From contig OZ024744.1 of the NCBI GenBank assembly GCA_964016885.1, positions 18,724,001-18,788,000 of the forward strand: a DNA stretch of 64,000 nt, in the 5' to 3' direction. Positions 1-12,389 of this stretch are shown here, piece after piece. Within the stretch, counting starts at the first letter, position 1; each line of letters opens with the position of its first letter. The notes under the pieces were generated by a model, which was not told the DNA's origin, ran no database searches, and saw nothing but the letters and a program-made list of their open reading frames with translations. The DNA is from Eledone cirrhosa (lineage: Eukaryota). Made by a program: the position numbers and the translations under genes.

Positions 1-3000
1 GTGTATGTCACTGTATGTTTCTGTATGTCTGTGTCACTGTGTATATCACTGTGTGTTTCTGTATATCTGTGTCTCTGTGTATGTCACTGTATCTTTGTGT
101 ATGTCTGGGTCACTGTGTATGTCACTGTATATTTGTGTATGTCTGTGTCACTGTGTATGTCACTGTGTGTTTCTGTATGTCTGTGTCACTGTGTATATCA
201 ATGTGTGTTTCTGTATCTCTGTGTCACGGTGTATGTCACTGCATGTTTGTGTATGTCTGTGTGACTGTGTATGTCACTGTGTGTTTCTGTATGGCTGTGT
301 CACTGTGTATGCCACTGTATCTTTGTGTATGTCTGTGTCACTGTGTATGTCACAGTGTGTTTCTGTATGTCTGTGTCACTGTCTATGTCACTGTATGTTT
401 CTGAATGTCTGTGTCACTGTGTATGTCACTGTGTGTTTCTGTATGTCTGTGTCACGGTGTATGTCACTGTATGTTTGTGTGTGACTGTGTCACTGTGTAT
501 GTCACTGTGTGTTTGTGTATGTCTGTGTCACTGTAAGTTTCTGTATGTCTGTGTCACTGTGTATGTCACTGTGTGTTTCTGGATGTCTGTGTCACTGTGT
601 ATGTCATTGTATCTTTGTGTATGTCTGTGTCACTGTGTATGTCACTGTATGTTTCTGTAAGTTTGTGTCACTGTGTATGTCACTGTATGTTTATGTATGT
701 CTGTTTCACTGTGTATGTCACTGTGTCTTTATGTATGTCTGTGTCACTCTGTATGTCACTGTATATTTCTGTATGTCTGTGTCACTGTGTATGTCACTGT
801 ATGTTTCTGTATGTTTGTGTCACTGTGTATGTCACTGTATGCTTCTGTATGTCTGTGTCACTGTGTATGTCACTGTATCTTTGTGTATGTCTGTGTCCCT
901 GTGTATGTCACTGTATGTTTCTGTATGTTTGTGTCACTGTGTATGTCACTGTGTGTTTCTGTATGTCTGTGTCACTGTGTATGTCACTGTGTGTTTCTGT
1001 ATGTTTGTGTCACTGTGTATGTCACTAAATGTTTGTGTGTGTCTGTGTCTCTGTGTATGTCACTGTTTGTTTGCGTGTGTCTGTGTCACTGTGTATGTCA
1101 CTGTGTGTTTCTGTATGTCTGTGTGACTGTCTATGTCACTGTGTGTTTCTGTATGTTTGTGTCACTGTGTATGTCACTAAATGTTTGTGTGTGTCTGTGT
1201 CTCTGTGTATGTCACTGTTTGTTTGCGTGTGTCTGTGTCACTGTGTATGTCACTGTATATTTCTGTATGTCTGTGTCACTTTGTATGTCATTGTGTGTTT
1301 CTGTATGTATGTGTCACCGTGTATGTCACTGTATCTTTGTGTATGCCGGTGTCACTGTGTATGTCACTGTGTGTTTCTGTATGTTTGTGTCACTGTGTAT
1401 GTCACTAAATGTTTGTGTGTGTCTGTGTCACTGTGTATGTCACTGTGTGTTTCTGTATGTCTGTGTGACTGTGTATGTCACTGTTTGTTTGTGTATGTCT
1501 GTGTCACTGTGTGTGTTTCTGTATGTCTGTGTCACTGTGTATGTCATTGCATCTTTGTGTATGTCTGTCTCACTGTGTATGTCACTGTGTGTTTCTGCAT
1601 GTCTGTGTCACTGTGTATGTCACTGTGTGTTTCTGTATGTCTGTGTCACTGTGTATGTCACTGTATGTTTATGTATGTCTCTTTCACTGTGTATATCACT
1701 GTGTGTTTCTGTATGTCTGTGTCACTGTATATGTCACTGTATCTTTGTGTATGCCTGTGTCACTGTCTATGTCACTGTATGTTTCTGTATGTCTGTTTCA
1801 CTGTGTATGTCACTGTATATTTGTGTATGTATGTGTCACTGTGTATGTCACTGTGAGTTTCTCTATGTCTGTGTCACTGTGTATGTCACTGTATGTCTCT
1901 GTATGTCTGTGTCACTGTCTATGTCACTGTGTGTTTCTGTATGTCTGTGTCACTGTGTATGTCACAGTTTGTTTCTGTATATATGTGTCTTTGTGTATGT
2001 CACTGTAGTTTTGTGTATGTCTGTGTCACTGTGTGTTTCTGTATGTCTGTGTCACTGTGTATGTCACTGTATGTTTCTGTATGTCTGTGTCACTGTGTAT
2101 GTCACTGTTTGTTTCTGTATGTATGTGTCACTGTGTATGTCACCGTATGTGTGTGTATGTCTGTGTCACGGTGTATGTCACTGTATCTTAGTGTATGCCT
2201 GTGTCACTGTGTATGTCACTGTGTGTTTCTGGATGTCTGTGTCACTGTGTATGTCATTGTATCTTTGTGTATGTCTGTGTCACTGTGTATGTCACTGTAT
2301 GTTTCTGTAAGTTTGTGTCACTGTGTATGTCACTGTGTGTTTCTGTATGTCTGTGTCTCAGTGTATGTCACTGTATGTTTCTGTATGTCTGTTTCACTGT
2401 GTATGTCACTGTGTCTTTATGTATGTCTGTGTCACTCTGTATGTCACTGTATATTTCTGTATGTCTGTGTCACTGTGTATATCACTGTATGTTTCTGTAT
2501 GTCTGTGTCACTGTGTATGTCACTGTGTGTTTCTGTATGGCTGTGTCACTGTGTATGTCACTGTATCTTTGTGTATGTCTGTGTCACTGTGTATGTCACA
2601 GTGTGTTTCTGTATGTCTGTGTCACTGTCTATGTCACTGTATGTTTCTGAATGTCTGTGTCACTGTGTATGTCACTGTGTGTTTGTGTATGTCTGTGTCA
2701 CTGTATGTTTCTGTATGTCTGTGTCACTGTGTATGTCACTGTGTGTTTCTGTATGTCTGTGTCACTGTGTATGACATTGTATCTTTGTGTATGTCTGTGT
2801 CACTGTGTATGTCACTGTATGTTTCTGTATGTTTGTGTCACTGTGTATGTCACTGTGTGTTTCTGTATGTTTGTGTCTCTGTGTATGTCACTGTATGTTT
2901 CTGTATGTCTGTTTCACTGTGTATGTCACTGTGTCTTTATGTATGTCTGTGTCACTCTGTATGTCACTGTATATTTCTGTATGTCTGTGTCACTGTGTAT

Positions 3001-3942
3001 GTCACTGTATGTTTCTGTATGTCTGTGTCACTGTGTATGTCACTGTATGCTTCTGTATGTCTGTGTCACTGTGTATGTCACTGTATCTTTGTGTATGTCT
3101 GTGTCCCTGTGTATGTCACTGTATGTTTCTGTATGTTTTTGTCACTGTGTATGTCACTGTGTGATTCTGTATGTCTGTGTCACTGTGTATGTCACTGTGT
3201 GTTTCTGTATGTTTGTGTTACTGTGTATGTCACTAAATGTTTGTGTGTGTCTGTGTCTCTGTGTATGTCACTGTTTGTTTGCGTGTGTCTGTGTCACTGT
3301 GTATGTCACTGTGTGTTTCTGTATGTCACTGTGTGTTTGTGCATGTCTGTGTCACTGTATGTTTCTGTATGTCTGTGTCACTGTGTATGTCACTTTGTGT
3401 TTCTGTATGTATGTGTCACCGTGTATGTCACTGTATCTTTGTGTTTGCCTGTGTCACTGTGTATGTCACTGTGTGTTTCTGTATGTTTGTGTCACTGTGT
3501 ATGTCACTAAATGTTTGTGTGTGTCTGTGTCACTGTGTATGTCACTGTGTGTTTATGTATGTCTGTGTGACTGTGTATGTGACTGTTTGTTTCTGCATGT
3601 CTGTGTCACTGTGTATGTCACTGTGTGTTTCTGCATGTCTGTGTCACTGTGTATGTCACTGTATGTTTCTGTATGTCTGTTTCACTGTGTATATCACTGT
3701 GTGTTTCTGTATGTCTGTGTCACTGTATATGTCACTGTATCTTTGTGTATGCCTCTGTCACTGTCTATGTCTCTGTATGTTTCTGTATGTCTGTGTCACT
3801 ATGTATGCCACTGTATATTTGTGTTGTCTGTGTCATTGTGTATGTCACTGGGTGTTTCTGTATGTCTGTGTCACTGTGTATGACACTGTGTCTTTCTGTA
3901 TGTATGTATCACTGTGTATGTCACTGTGTGTATCTGTATGTC
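1..3942 (+). repeat. Higher-order duplication block A, copy 1 (copy 2 at +27,683)
   Basis: Identical ORFs at offset 27,683 (673..2310 vs 28356..29993; 2651..3883 vs 30334..31566). Private markers GCCGG at 1345/29028 and GTCTCAGTG near 2355/30038. First mismatch seen at 3943 vs 31626. Confidence 0.9.
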
Positions 3943-4900
3943 GGTGTCACTGTGTAAGTCATTGTATCTTTGTGTATGTCTGTGGCACTCTGTATGTCGT
4001 TGTGTGTTTCTGTATGTATGTGTCTCTGTGTATGTCACTGTATATTTGTGTATGTATGTGTCACTGTGTATGTCACTGTGAGTTTCTCTATGTCTGTGTC
4101 ACTGTGTATGTCACTGTATGTCTCTGTATGTCTGTGTCACTGTCTATGTCACTGTATCTTTGTGTATGTCTGTGTCACTGTGTATGTCACTGTGTGTTTC
4201 TGTATGTCTGTGTCACTGTGTATGTCACAGTTTGTTTCTGTATATATGTGTCTCTGTGTATGTCACTGTAGTTTTGTGTATGTCTGTGTCACTGTGTGTT
4301 TCTGTATGTCTGTGTCACTGTGTATGTCACTGTATGTTTCTGCATGTCTGTGTCACTGTGTATGTCACTGTATGTTTCTGTATGTCTGTTTCACTGTGTA
4401 TATCACTGTGTGTTTCTGTATGTCTGTGTCACTGTATATGTCACTGTATCTTTGTGTATGCCTCTGTCACTGTCTATGTCTCTGTATGTTTCTGTATGTC
4501 TGTGTCACTATGTATGCCACTGTATATTTGTGTTGTCTGTGTCATTGTGTATGTCACTGGGTGTTTCTGTATGTCTGTGTCACTGTGTATGACACTGTGT
4601 CTTTCTGTATGTATGTATCACTGTGTATGTCACTGTGTGTATCTGTATGTCTGTGTCACTGTGTAAGTCATTGTATCTTTGTGTATGTCTGTGGCACTCT
4701 GTATGTCGTTGTGTGTTTCTGTATGTATGTGTCTCTGTGTATGTCACTGTATATTTGTGTATGTATGTGTCACTGTGTATGTCACTGTGCGTTTCTCTAT
4801 GTCTGTGTCACTGTGTATGTCACTGTATGTCTCTGTATGTCTGTGTCACTGTCTATGTCACTGTATCTTTGTGTATGTCTGTGTCACTGTGTATGTCACT
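3630..4900 (+). repeat. Imperfect local tandem duplication, period 709 bp
   Basis: Rare GCCTCTGTCA at 3751 and 4460, ORFs starting at 3970 and 4679, and the 1-bp-deletion cassette near 3823 and 4532. Confidence 0.8.
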
Positions 4901-5039
4901 GTGTGTTTATGTATTTCTGTGTCTCTGTGTATGCCACTGTATCTTTGTGTATGTCTGCGGCACTGTGTATGTCACTGTGTGTTTCTGTATGTCTGTGTCA
5001 CTGTGTATGTCACAGTGTGTTTCTGTATGTTTGTGTCTC

Positions 5040-8000
5040 TGTCTATGTCACTGTATGTTTCTGAATGTCTGTGTCAGTGTGTATGTCACTGTGTGTTTGT
5101 GTATGTCTGTGTCACTGTATGTTTCTGTATGTCTGTGTCACTGTGTATGTCACTGTGTGTTTCTGTATGTCTGTGTCACTGTGTATGACATTGTATCTTT
5201 GTGTATGTCTGTGTCACTGTGTATGTCACTGTATGTTTCTGTATGTTTGTGTCACTGTGTATGTCACTGTGTGTTTCTGTATGTTTGTGTCTCTGTGTAT
5301 GTCACTGTATGTTTCTGTATGTCTGTTTCACTGTGTATGTACTGTGTCTTTATGTATGTCTGTGTCACTATGTATGTCACTGTATATTTCTGTATGTCTG
5401 TGTCACTGTGTATGTCACTGTATGTTTCTGTATGTCTGTGTCACTGTGTATGTCACTGTATGCTTCTGTATGTCTGTGTCACTGTGTATGTCACTGTATC
5501 TTTGTGTATGTCTGTGTCCCTGTGTATGTCACTGTATGTTTCTGTATGTTTGTGTCACTGTGTATGTCACTGTGTGTTTCTGTATGTCTGTGTCACTGTG
5601 TATGTCACTGTGTGTTTCTGTATGTTTGTGTCACTGTGTATGTCACTAAATGTTTGTGTGTGTCTGTGTCTCTGTGTATGTCACTGTTTGTTTGCGTGTG
5701 TCTGTGTCACTGTGTATGTCACTGTGTGTTTCTGTATGTCTGTGTGACTGTCTATGTCACTGTGTGTTTCTGTATGTTTGTGTCACTGTGTATGTCACTA
5801 AATGTTTGTGTGTGTCTGTGTCTCTGTGTATGTCACTGTTTGTTTGCGTGTGTCTGTGTCACTGTGTATGTCACTGTATGTTTCTGTATGTCTGTGTCAC
5901 TTTGTATGTCACTGTGTGTTTCTGTATGTATGTGTCACCGTGTATGTCACTCTATCTTTGTGTATGCCTGTGTCACTGTGTATGTCACTGTGTGTTTCTG
6001 TATGTTTGTGTCACTGTGTATGTCACTAAATGTTTGTGTGTGTCTGTGTCACTGTGTATGTCACTGTGTGTTTCTGTATGTCTGTGTGACTGTGTATGTC
6101 ACTGTTTGTTTGTGTATGTCTGTGTCACTGTGTGTGTTTCTGTATGTCTGTGTCACTGTGTATGTCATTGCATCTTTGTGTATGTCTGTCTCACTGTGTA
6201 TGTCACTGTGTGTTTCTGCATGTCTGTGTCACTGTGTATGTCACTGTGTGTTTCTGTATGTCTGTGTCACTGTGTATGTCACTGTATGTTTCTGTATGTC
6301 TCTTTCACTGTGTATATCACTGTGTGTTTCTGTATGTCTGTGTCACTGTATATGTCACTGTATCTTTGTGTATGCCTGTGTCACTGTCTATGTCACTGTA
6401 TGTTTCTGTATGTCTGTTTCACTGTGTATGTCACTGTATATTTGTGTATGTCTGTGTCACTCTGTATGTCACTGTGTGTTTCTGTATGTATGTGTCACTA
6501 TGTATGCCACTGTATATTTGTGTTGTCTGTGTCATTGTGTATGTCACTGGGTGTTTTTGTATGTCTGTGTCACTGTGTATGACACTGTGTCTTTCTGTAT
6601 GTATGTATCACTGTGTATGTCACTGTGTGTATCTGTATGTCGGTGTCACTGTGTAAGTCATTGTATCTTTGTGTATGTCTGTGGCACTCTGTATGTCGTT
6701 GTGTGTTTCTGTATGTATGTGTCTCTGTGTATGTCACTGTATATTTGTGTGTGTATGTGTCACTGTGTATGTCACTGTGAGTTTCTCTATGTCTGTGTCA
6801 CTGTGTATGTCACTGTATGTCTCTGTATGTCTGTGTCACTGTCTATGTCACTGTATCTTTGTGTATGTCTGTGTCACTGTGTATGTCACTGTGTGTTTCT
6901 GTATGTCTGTGTCACTGTGTATGTCACAGTTTGTTTCTGTATATATGTGTCTCTGTGTATGTCACTGTAGTTTTGTGTATGTATGTGTCACTGTGTGTTT
7001 CTGTATGTCTGTGTCACTGTGTATATCACTGTATGTTTCTGTATGTCTGTGTCACTGTGTATGTCACTGTTTGTTTCTGTATGTATGTGTCACTGTGTAT
7101 GTCACCGTATGTGTGTGTATGTCTGTGTCACGGTGTATGTCACTGTATCTTAGTGTATGCCTGTGTCACTGTGTATGTCACTGTGAGTTTCTGTATGTCT
7201 GTGTCTCTGTGTATGTCACTGTATGTTTCTGTATGTCTGTGTCACTGTGTATATCACTGTGTGTTTCTGTATATCTGTGTCTCTGTGTATGTCACTGTAT
7301 CTTTGTGTATGTCTGGGTCACTGTGTATGTCACTGTATATTTGTGTATGTCTGTGTCACGGTGTATATCACTGTATGTTTGTGTATGTTTGTGTCACTGT
7401 GTATGTCACTGTGTGTTTCTGTATGTCTGTGTCACTGTGTATATCAATGTGTGTTTCTGTATCTCTGTGTCACGGTGTATGTCACTGCATGTTTGTGTAT
7501 GTCTGTGTGACTGTGTATGTCACTGTGTGTTTCTGTATGGCTGTGTCACTGTGTATGTCACTGTATCTTTGTGTATGTCTGTGTCACTGTGTATGTCACA
7601 GTGTGTTTCTGTATGTCTGTGTCACTGTATATGTCACTGTATTTTTCTGAATGTATGTGTCACTGTGTATGTCACTGTGTGTTTCTGTATGTCTGTGTCA
7701 CGGTGTATGTCACTGTATGTTTGTGTGTGACTGTGTCACTGTGTGTTTGTGTATGTCTGTGTCACTGTAAGTTTCTGTATGTATGTGTCACTGTGTATGT
7801 CACTGTGTGTTTCTGGATGTCTGTGTCACTGTGTATGTCATTGTATCTTTGTGTATGTCTGTGTCACTGTGTATGTCACTGTATGTTTCTGTAAGTTTGT
7901 GTCACTGTGTATGTCACTGTGTGTTTCTGTATGTCTGTGTCTCTGTGTATGTCACTGTATGTTTCTGTATGTCTGTTTCACTGTGTATGTCACTGTGTCT

Positions 8001-11000
8001 TTATGTATGTCTGTGTCACTCTGTATGTCACTGTATATTTCTGTATGTCTGTGTCACTGTGTATATCACTGTATGTTTCTGTATGTCTGTGTCACTATCT
8101 ATGTCACTGTATGTTTCTAAATGGCTGTGTCACTGTGTATGTCACTGTGTGTTTGTGTATGTCTGTGTCACTGTATGTGTCTGTATGTATGTGTCACTGT
8201 GTATGTCACTGTGTGTTTCTGTATGTCTGTGTCACTGTGTATGACATTGTATCTTTGTGTATGTCTGTGTCACTGTGTATGTCACTGTATGTTTCTGTAT
8301 ATTTGTGTCACTGTGTATGTCACTGTGTGTTTCTGTATGTTTGTGTCTCTGTGTATGTCACTGTATGTTTCTGTATGTCTGTTTCACTGTGTATGTCACT
8401 GTGTCTTTATGTATGTCTGTGTCACTCTGTATGTCACTGTATATTTCTGTATGTCTGTGTCACTGTGTATGTCACTGTATGTTTCTGTATGTATGTGTCA
8501 CTGTGTATGTCACTGTATGCTTATGTATGTCTGTGTCACTGTGTATGTCACTGTATCTTTGTGTATGTCTGTGTCCCTGTGTATGTCACTGTATGTTTCT
8601 GTATGTTTGTGTCACTGTGTATGTCACTGTGTGTTTCTGTATGTCTGTGTCACTGTGTATGTCACTAAATGTTTGTGTGTGTCTGTGTCTCTGTGTATGT
8701 CACTGTTTGTTTGCGTGTGTCTGTGTCACTGTGTATGCCACTGTGTGTTTCTGTATGTCACTGTGTGTTTGTGCATGTCTGTGTCACTGTATGTTTCTGT
8801 ATGTCTGTGTCACTGTGTATATCACTGTGTGTTTCTGTATGTATGTGTCACCGTGTATGTCACTGTATATTTGTGTATGCCTGTGTCACTGTGTATGTCA
8901 CTGTGTGTTTCTGTATGTTTGTGTCACTGTGTATGTCACTAAATGTTTGTGTGTGTCTGTGTCACTGTGTATGTCACTGTGTGTTTCTGTATGTCTGTGT
9001 GACTGTGTATGTGACTGTTTGTTTCTGCATGTCTGTGTCACTGTGTATGTCACTGTGTGTTTCTGTATGTCTGTGTCACTGTGTATGTCACTGTATGTTT
9101 CTGTATGTCTGTTTCACTGTGTATATCACTGTGTGTTTCTGTATGTCTGTGTCACTGTATACGTCACTGTATCTTTGTGTATGCCTGTGTCACTGTCTAT
9201 GTCTCTGTATGTTTCTGTATGTCTGTGTCACTATGTATGCCACTGTATATTTGTGTTGTCTGTGTCATTGTGTATGTCACTGGGTGTTTCTGTATGTCTG
9301 TGTCACTGTGTATGACACTGTGTCTTTCTGTATGTATGTATCACTGTGTATGTCACTGTGTGTATCTGTATGTCTGTGTCACTGTGTAAGTCATTGTATC
9401 TTTGTGTATGTCTGTGGCACTCTGTATGTCGTTGTGTGTTTCTGTATGTATGTGTCTCTGTGTATGTCACTGTATATTTGTGTATGTATGTGTCACTGTG
9501 TATGTCACTGTGAGTTTCTCTATGTCTGTGTCACTGTGTATATCAATGTGTGTTTCTGTATGTCTGTGTCACTGTATATGTCACTGTATCTTTGTGTATG
9601 CCTGTGTCACTGTCTATGTCTCTGTATGTTTCTGTATGTCTGTGTCACTATGTATGCCACTGTATATTTATGTTGTCTGTGTCATTGTGTATGTCACTGG
9701 GTGTTTCTGTATGTCTGTGTCACTGTGTATGACACTGTGTCTTTCTGTATGTATGTATCACTGTGTATGTCACTGTGTGTATCTGTATGTCTGTGTCACT
9801 GTGTAAGTCATTGTATCTTTGTGTATGTCTGTGGCACTCTGTATGTCGTTGTGTGTTTCTGTATGTATGTGTCTCTGTGTATGTCACTGTATATTTGTGT
9901 ATGTATGTGTCACTGTGTATGTCACTGTGAGTTTCTCTATGTCTGTGTCACTGTGTATGTCACTGTATGTCTCTGTATGTCTGTGTCACTGTCTATGTCA
10001 CTGTATCTTTGTGTATGTCTGTGTCAACATGTATGTCACTGTGTGTTTATGTATTTCTGTGTCTCTGTGTATGCCACTGTATCTTTGTGTATGTCTGCGG
10101 CACTGTGTATGTCACTGTGTGTTTCTGTGTGTCTGTGTCTCTGTGTATGTCACTGTATGTTTCTGTATGTCTGTTTCACTGTGTATGTCACTGTGTCTTT
10201 ATGTATGTCTGTGTCACTCTGTATGTCACTGTATATTTCTGTATGTCTGTGTCACTGTGTATATCACTGTATGTTTCTGTATGTCTGTGTCACTGTGTAT
10301 GTCACTGTGTGTTTCTGTATGGCTGTGTCACTGTGTATGTCACTGTATCTTTGTGTATGTCTGTGTCACTGTGAATGTCACAGTGTGTTTCTGTATGTCT
10401 GTGTCACTGTCTATGTCACTGTATGTTTCTGAATGTCTGTGTCAGTGTGTATGTCACTGTGTGTTTGTGTATGTCTGTGTCACTGTATGTTTCTGTATAT
10501 CTGTGTCACTGTGTATGTCACTGTGTGTTTCTGTATGTCTGTGTCACTGTGTATGACATTGTATCTTTGTGTATGTCTGTGTCACTGTGTATGTCACTGT
10601 ATGTTTCTGTATGTTTGTGTCACTGTGTATGTCACTGTGTGTTTCTGTATGTTTGTGTCTCTGTGTATGTCACTGTATGTTTCTGTATGTCTGTTTCACT
10701 GTGTATGTCACTGTGTCTTTATGTATGTCTGTGTCACTCTGTATGTCACTGTATATTTCTGTATGTCTGTGTCACTGTGTATGTCACTGTATGTTTCTGT
10801 ATGTCTGTGTCACTGTGTATGTCACTGTATGCTTCTGTATGTCTGTGTCACTGTGTATGTCACTGTATCTTTGTGTATGTCTGTGTCCCTGTGTATGTCA
10901 CTGTATGTTTCTGTATGTTTGTGTCACTGTGTATGTCACTGTGTGTTTCTGTATGTCTGTGTCACTGTGTATGTCACTGTGTGTTTCTGTATGTTTGTGT

Positions 11001-11658
11001 CACTGTGTATGTCACTAAATGTTTGTGTGTGCCTGTGTCTCTGTGTATGTCACTGTTTGTTTGCGTGTGTCTGTGTCACTGTGTATGTCACTGTGTGTTT
11101 CTGTATGTCTGTGTGACTGTCTATGTCACTGTGTGTTTCTGTATGTTTGTGTCACTGTGTATGTCACTAAATGTTTGTGTGTGTCTGTGTCTCTGTGTAT
11201 GTCACTGTTTGTTTGCGTGTGTCTGTGTCACTGTGTATGTCACTGTATGTTTCTGTATGTCTGTGTCACTTTGTATGTCACTGTGTGTTTCTGTATGTAT
11301 GTGTCACCGTGTATGTCACTGTATCTTTGTGTATGCCTGTGTCACTGTGTATGTCACTGTGTGTTTCTGTATGTTTGTGTCACTGTGTATGTCACTAAAT
11401 GTTTGTGTGTGTCTGTGTCACTGTGTATGTCACTGTGTGTTTCTGTATGTCTGTGTGACTGTGTATGTCACTGTTTGTTTGTGTATGTCTGTGTCACTGT
11501 GTGTGTTTCTGTATGTCTGTGTCATTGTGTATGTCATTGCATCTTTGTGTATGTCTGTCTCACTGTGTATGTCACTGTGTGTTTCTGCATGTCTGTGTCA
11601 CTGTGTATGTCACTGTGTGTTTCTGTATGTCTGTGTCACTGTGTATGTCACTGTATGT
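5040..11658 (+). repeat. Higher-order duplication block B, copy 1 (about 6.6 kb; copy 2 at +12,872)
   Basis: Near-identical ORFs at offset 12,872 (5650/18522, 6669/19541, 8669/21541, 10433/23305, 11171/24043). Private markers TTTCTAAATGG near 8114/20986, GGGTGTTTTTG at 6549/19421 and TTTTTCTGAATGTATG near 7642/20514. Divergence at 11659 vs 24531. Confidence 0.9.
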
Positions 11659-12240
11659 GTGTGTATGTCTGTGTCACGGTGTATGTCACTGTATCTTAGT
11701 GTATGCCTGTGTCACTGTGTATGTCACTGTGAGTTTCTGTATGTCTGTGTCTCTGTGTATGTCACTGTATCTTTGTGCATGTATGTGTCACTGTGTATGT
11801 CACTGTATGTTTCTGTATGTCTGTGTCACCGTGTATGTCACTGTATCTTTGTGTATGCCTGTGTCACTGTGTATGTCACTGTGTGTTTCTGTATGTTTGT
11901 GTCACTGTGTATGTCACTAAATGTTTGTGTGTGTCTGTGTCACTGTGTATGTCACTGTGTGTTTCTGTATGTCTGTGTGACTGTGTATGTCACTGTTTGT
12001 TTGTGTATGTCTGTGTCACTGTGTGTGTTTCTGTATGTCTGTGTCATTGTGTATGTCATTGCATCTTTGTGTATGTCTGTCTCACTGTGTATGTCACTGT
12101 GTGTTTCTGCATGTCTGTGTCACTGTGTATGTCACTGTGTGTTTCTGTATGTCTGTGTCACTGTGTATGTCACTGTATGTGTGTGTATGTCTGTGTCACG
12201 GTGTATGTCACTGTATCTTAGTGTATGCCTGTGTCACTGT
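11300..12240 (+). repeat. Local tandem duplication, period 522 bp
   Basis: ORFs at 11465 and 11987 share a long identical N-terminus. CTTAGTG occurs near 11696 and 12218, and GTCATTGTGTATGTCATTGC occurs in both copies. Confidence 0.82.
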
Positions 12241-12389
12241 GTATATCACTGTGTGTTTCTGTATATCTGTGTCTCTGTGTATGTCACTGTATCTTTGTGT
12301 ATGTCTGGGTCACTGTGTATGTCACTGTATATTTGTGTATGTCTGTGTCACGGTGTATATCACTGTATGTTTGTGTATGTCTGTGTCAC

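Noticed and set aside
351-357. Plus-strand CACAGTG variants as opposite-orientation RSSs or inversion scars
   Set aside because: Each is a single T>A change at the centre of the CACWGTG quasi-palindrome; the downstream + sequence is T-rich with no A-rich nonamer.
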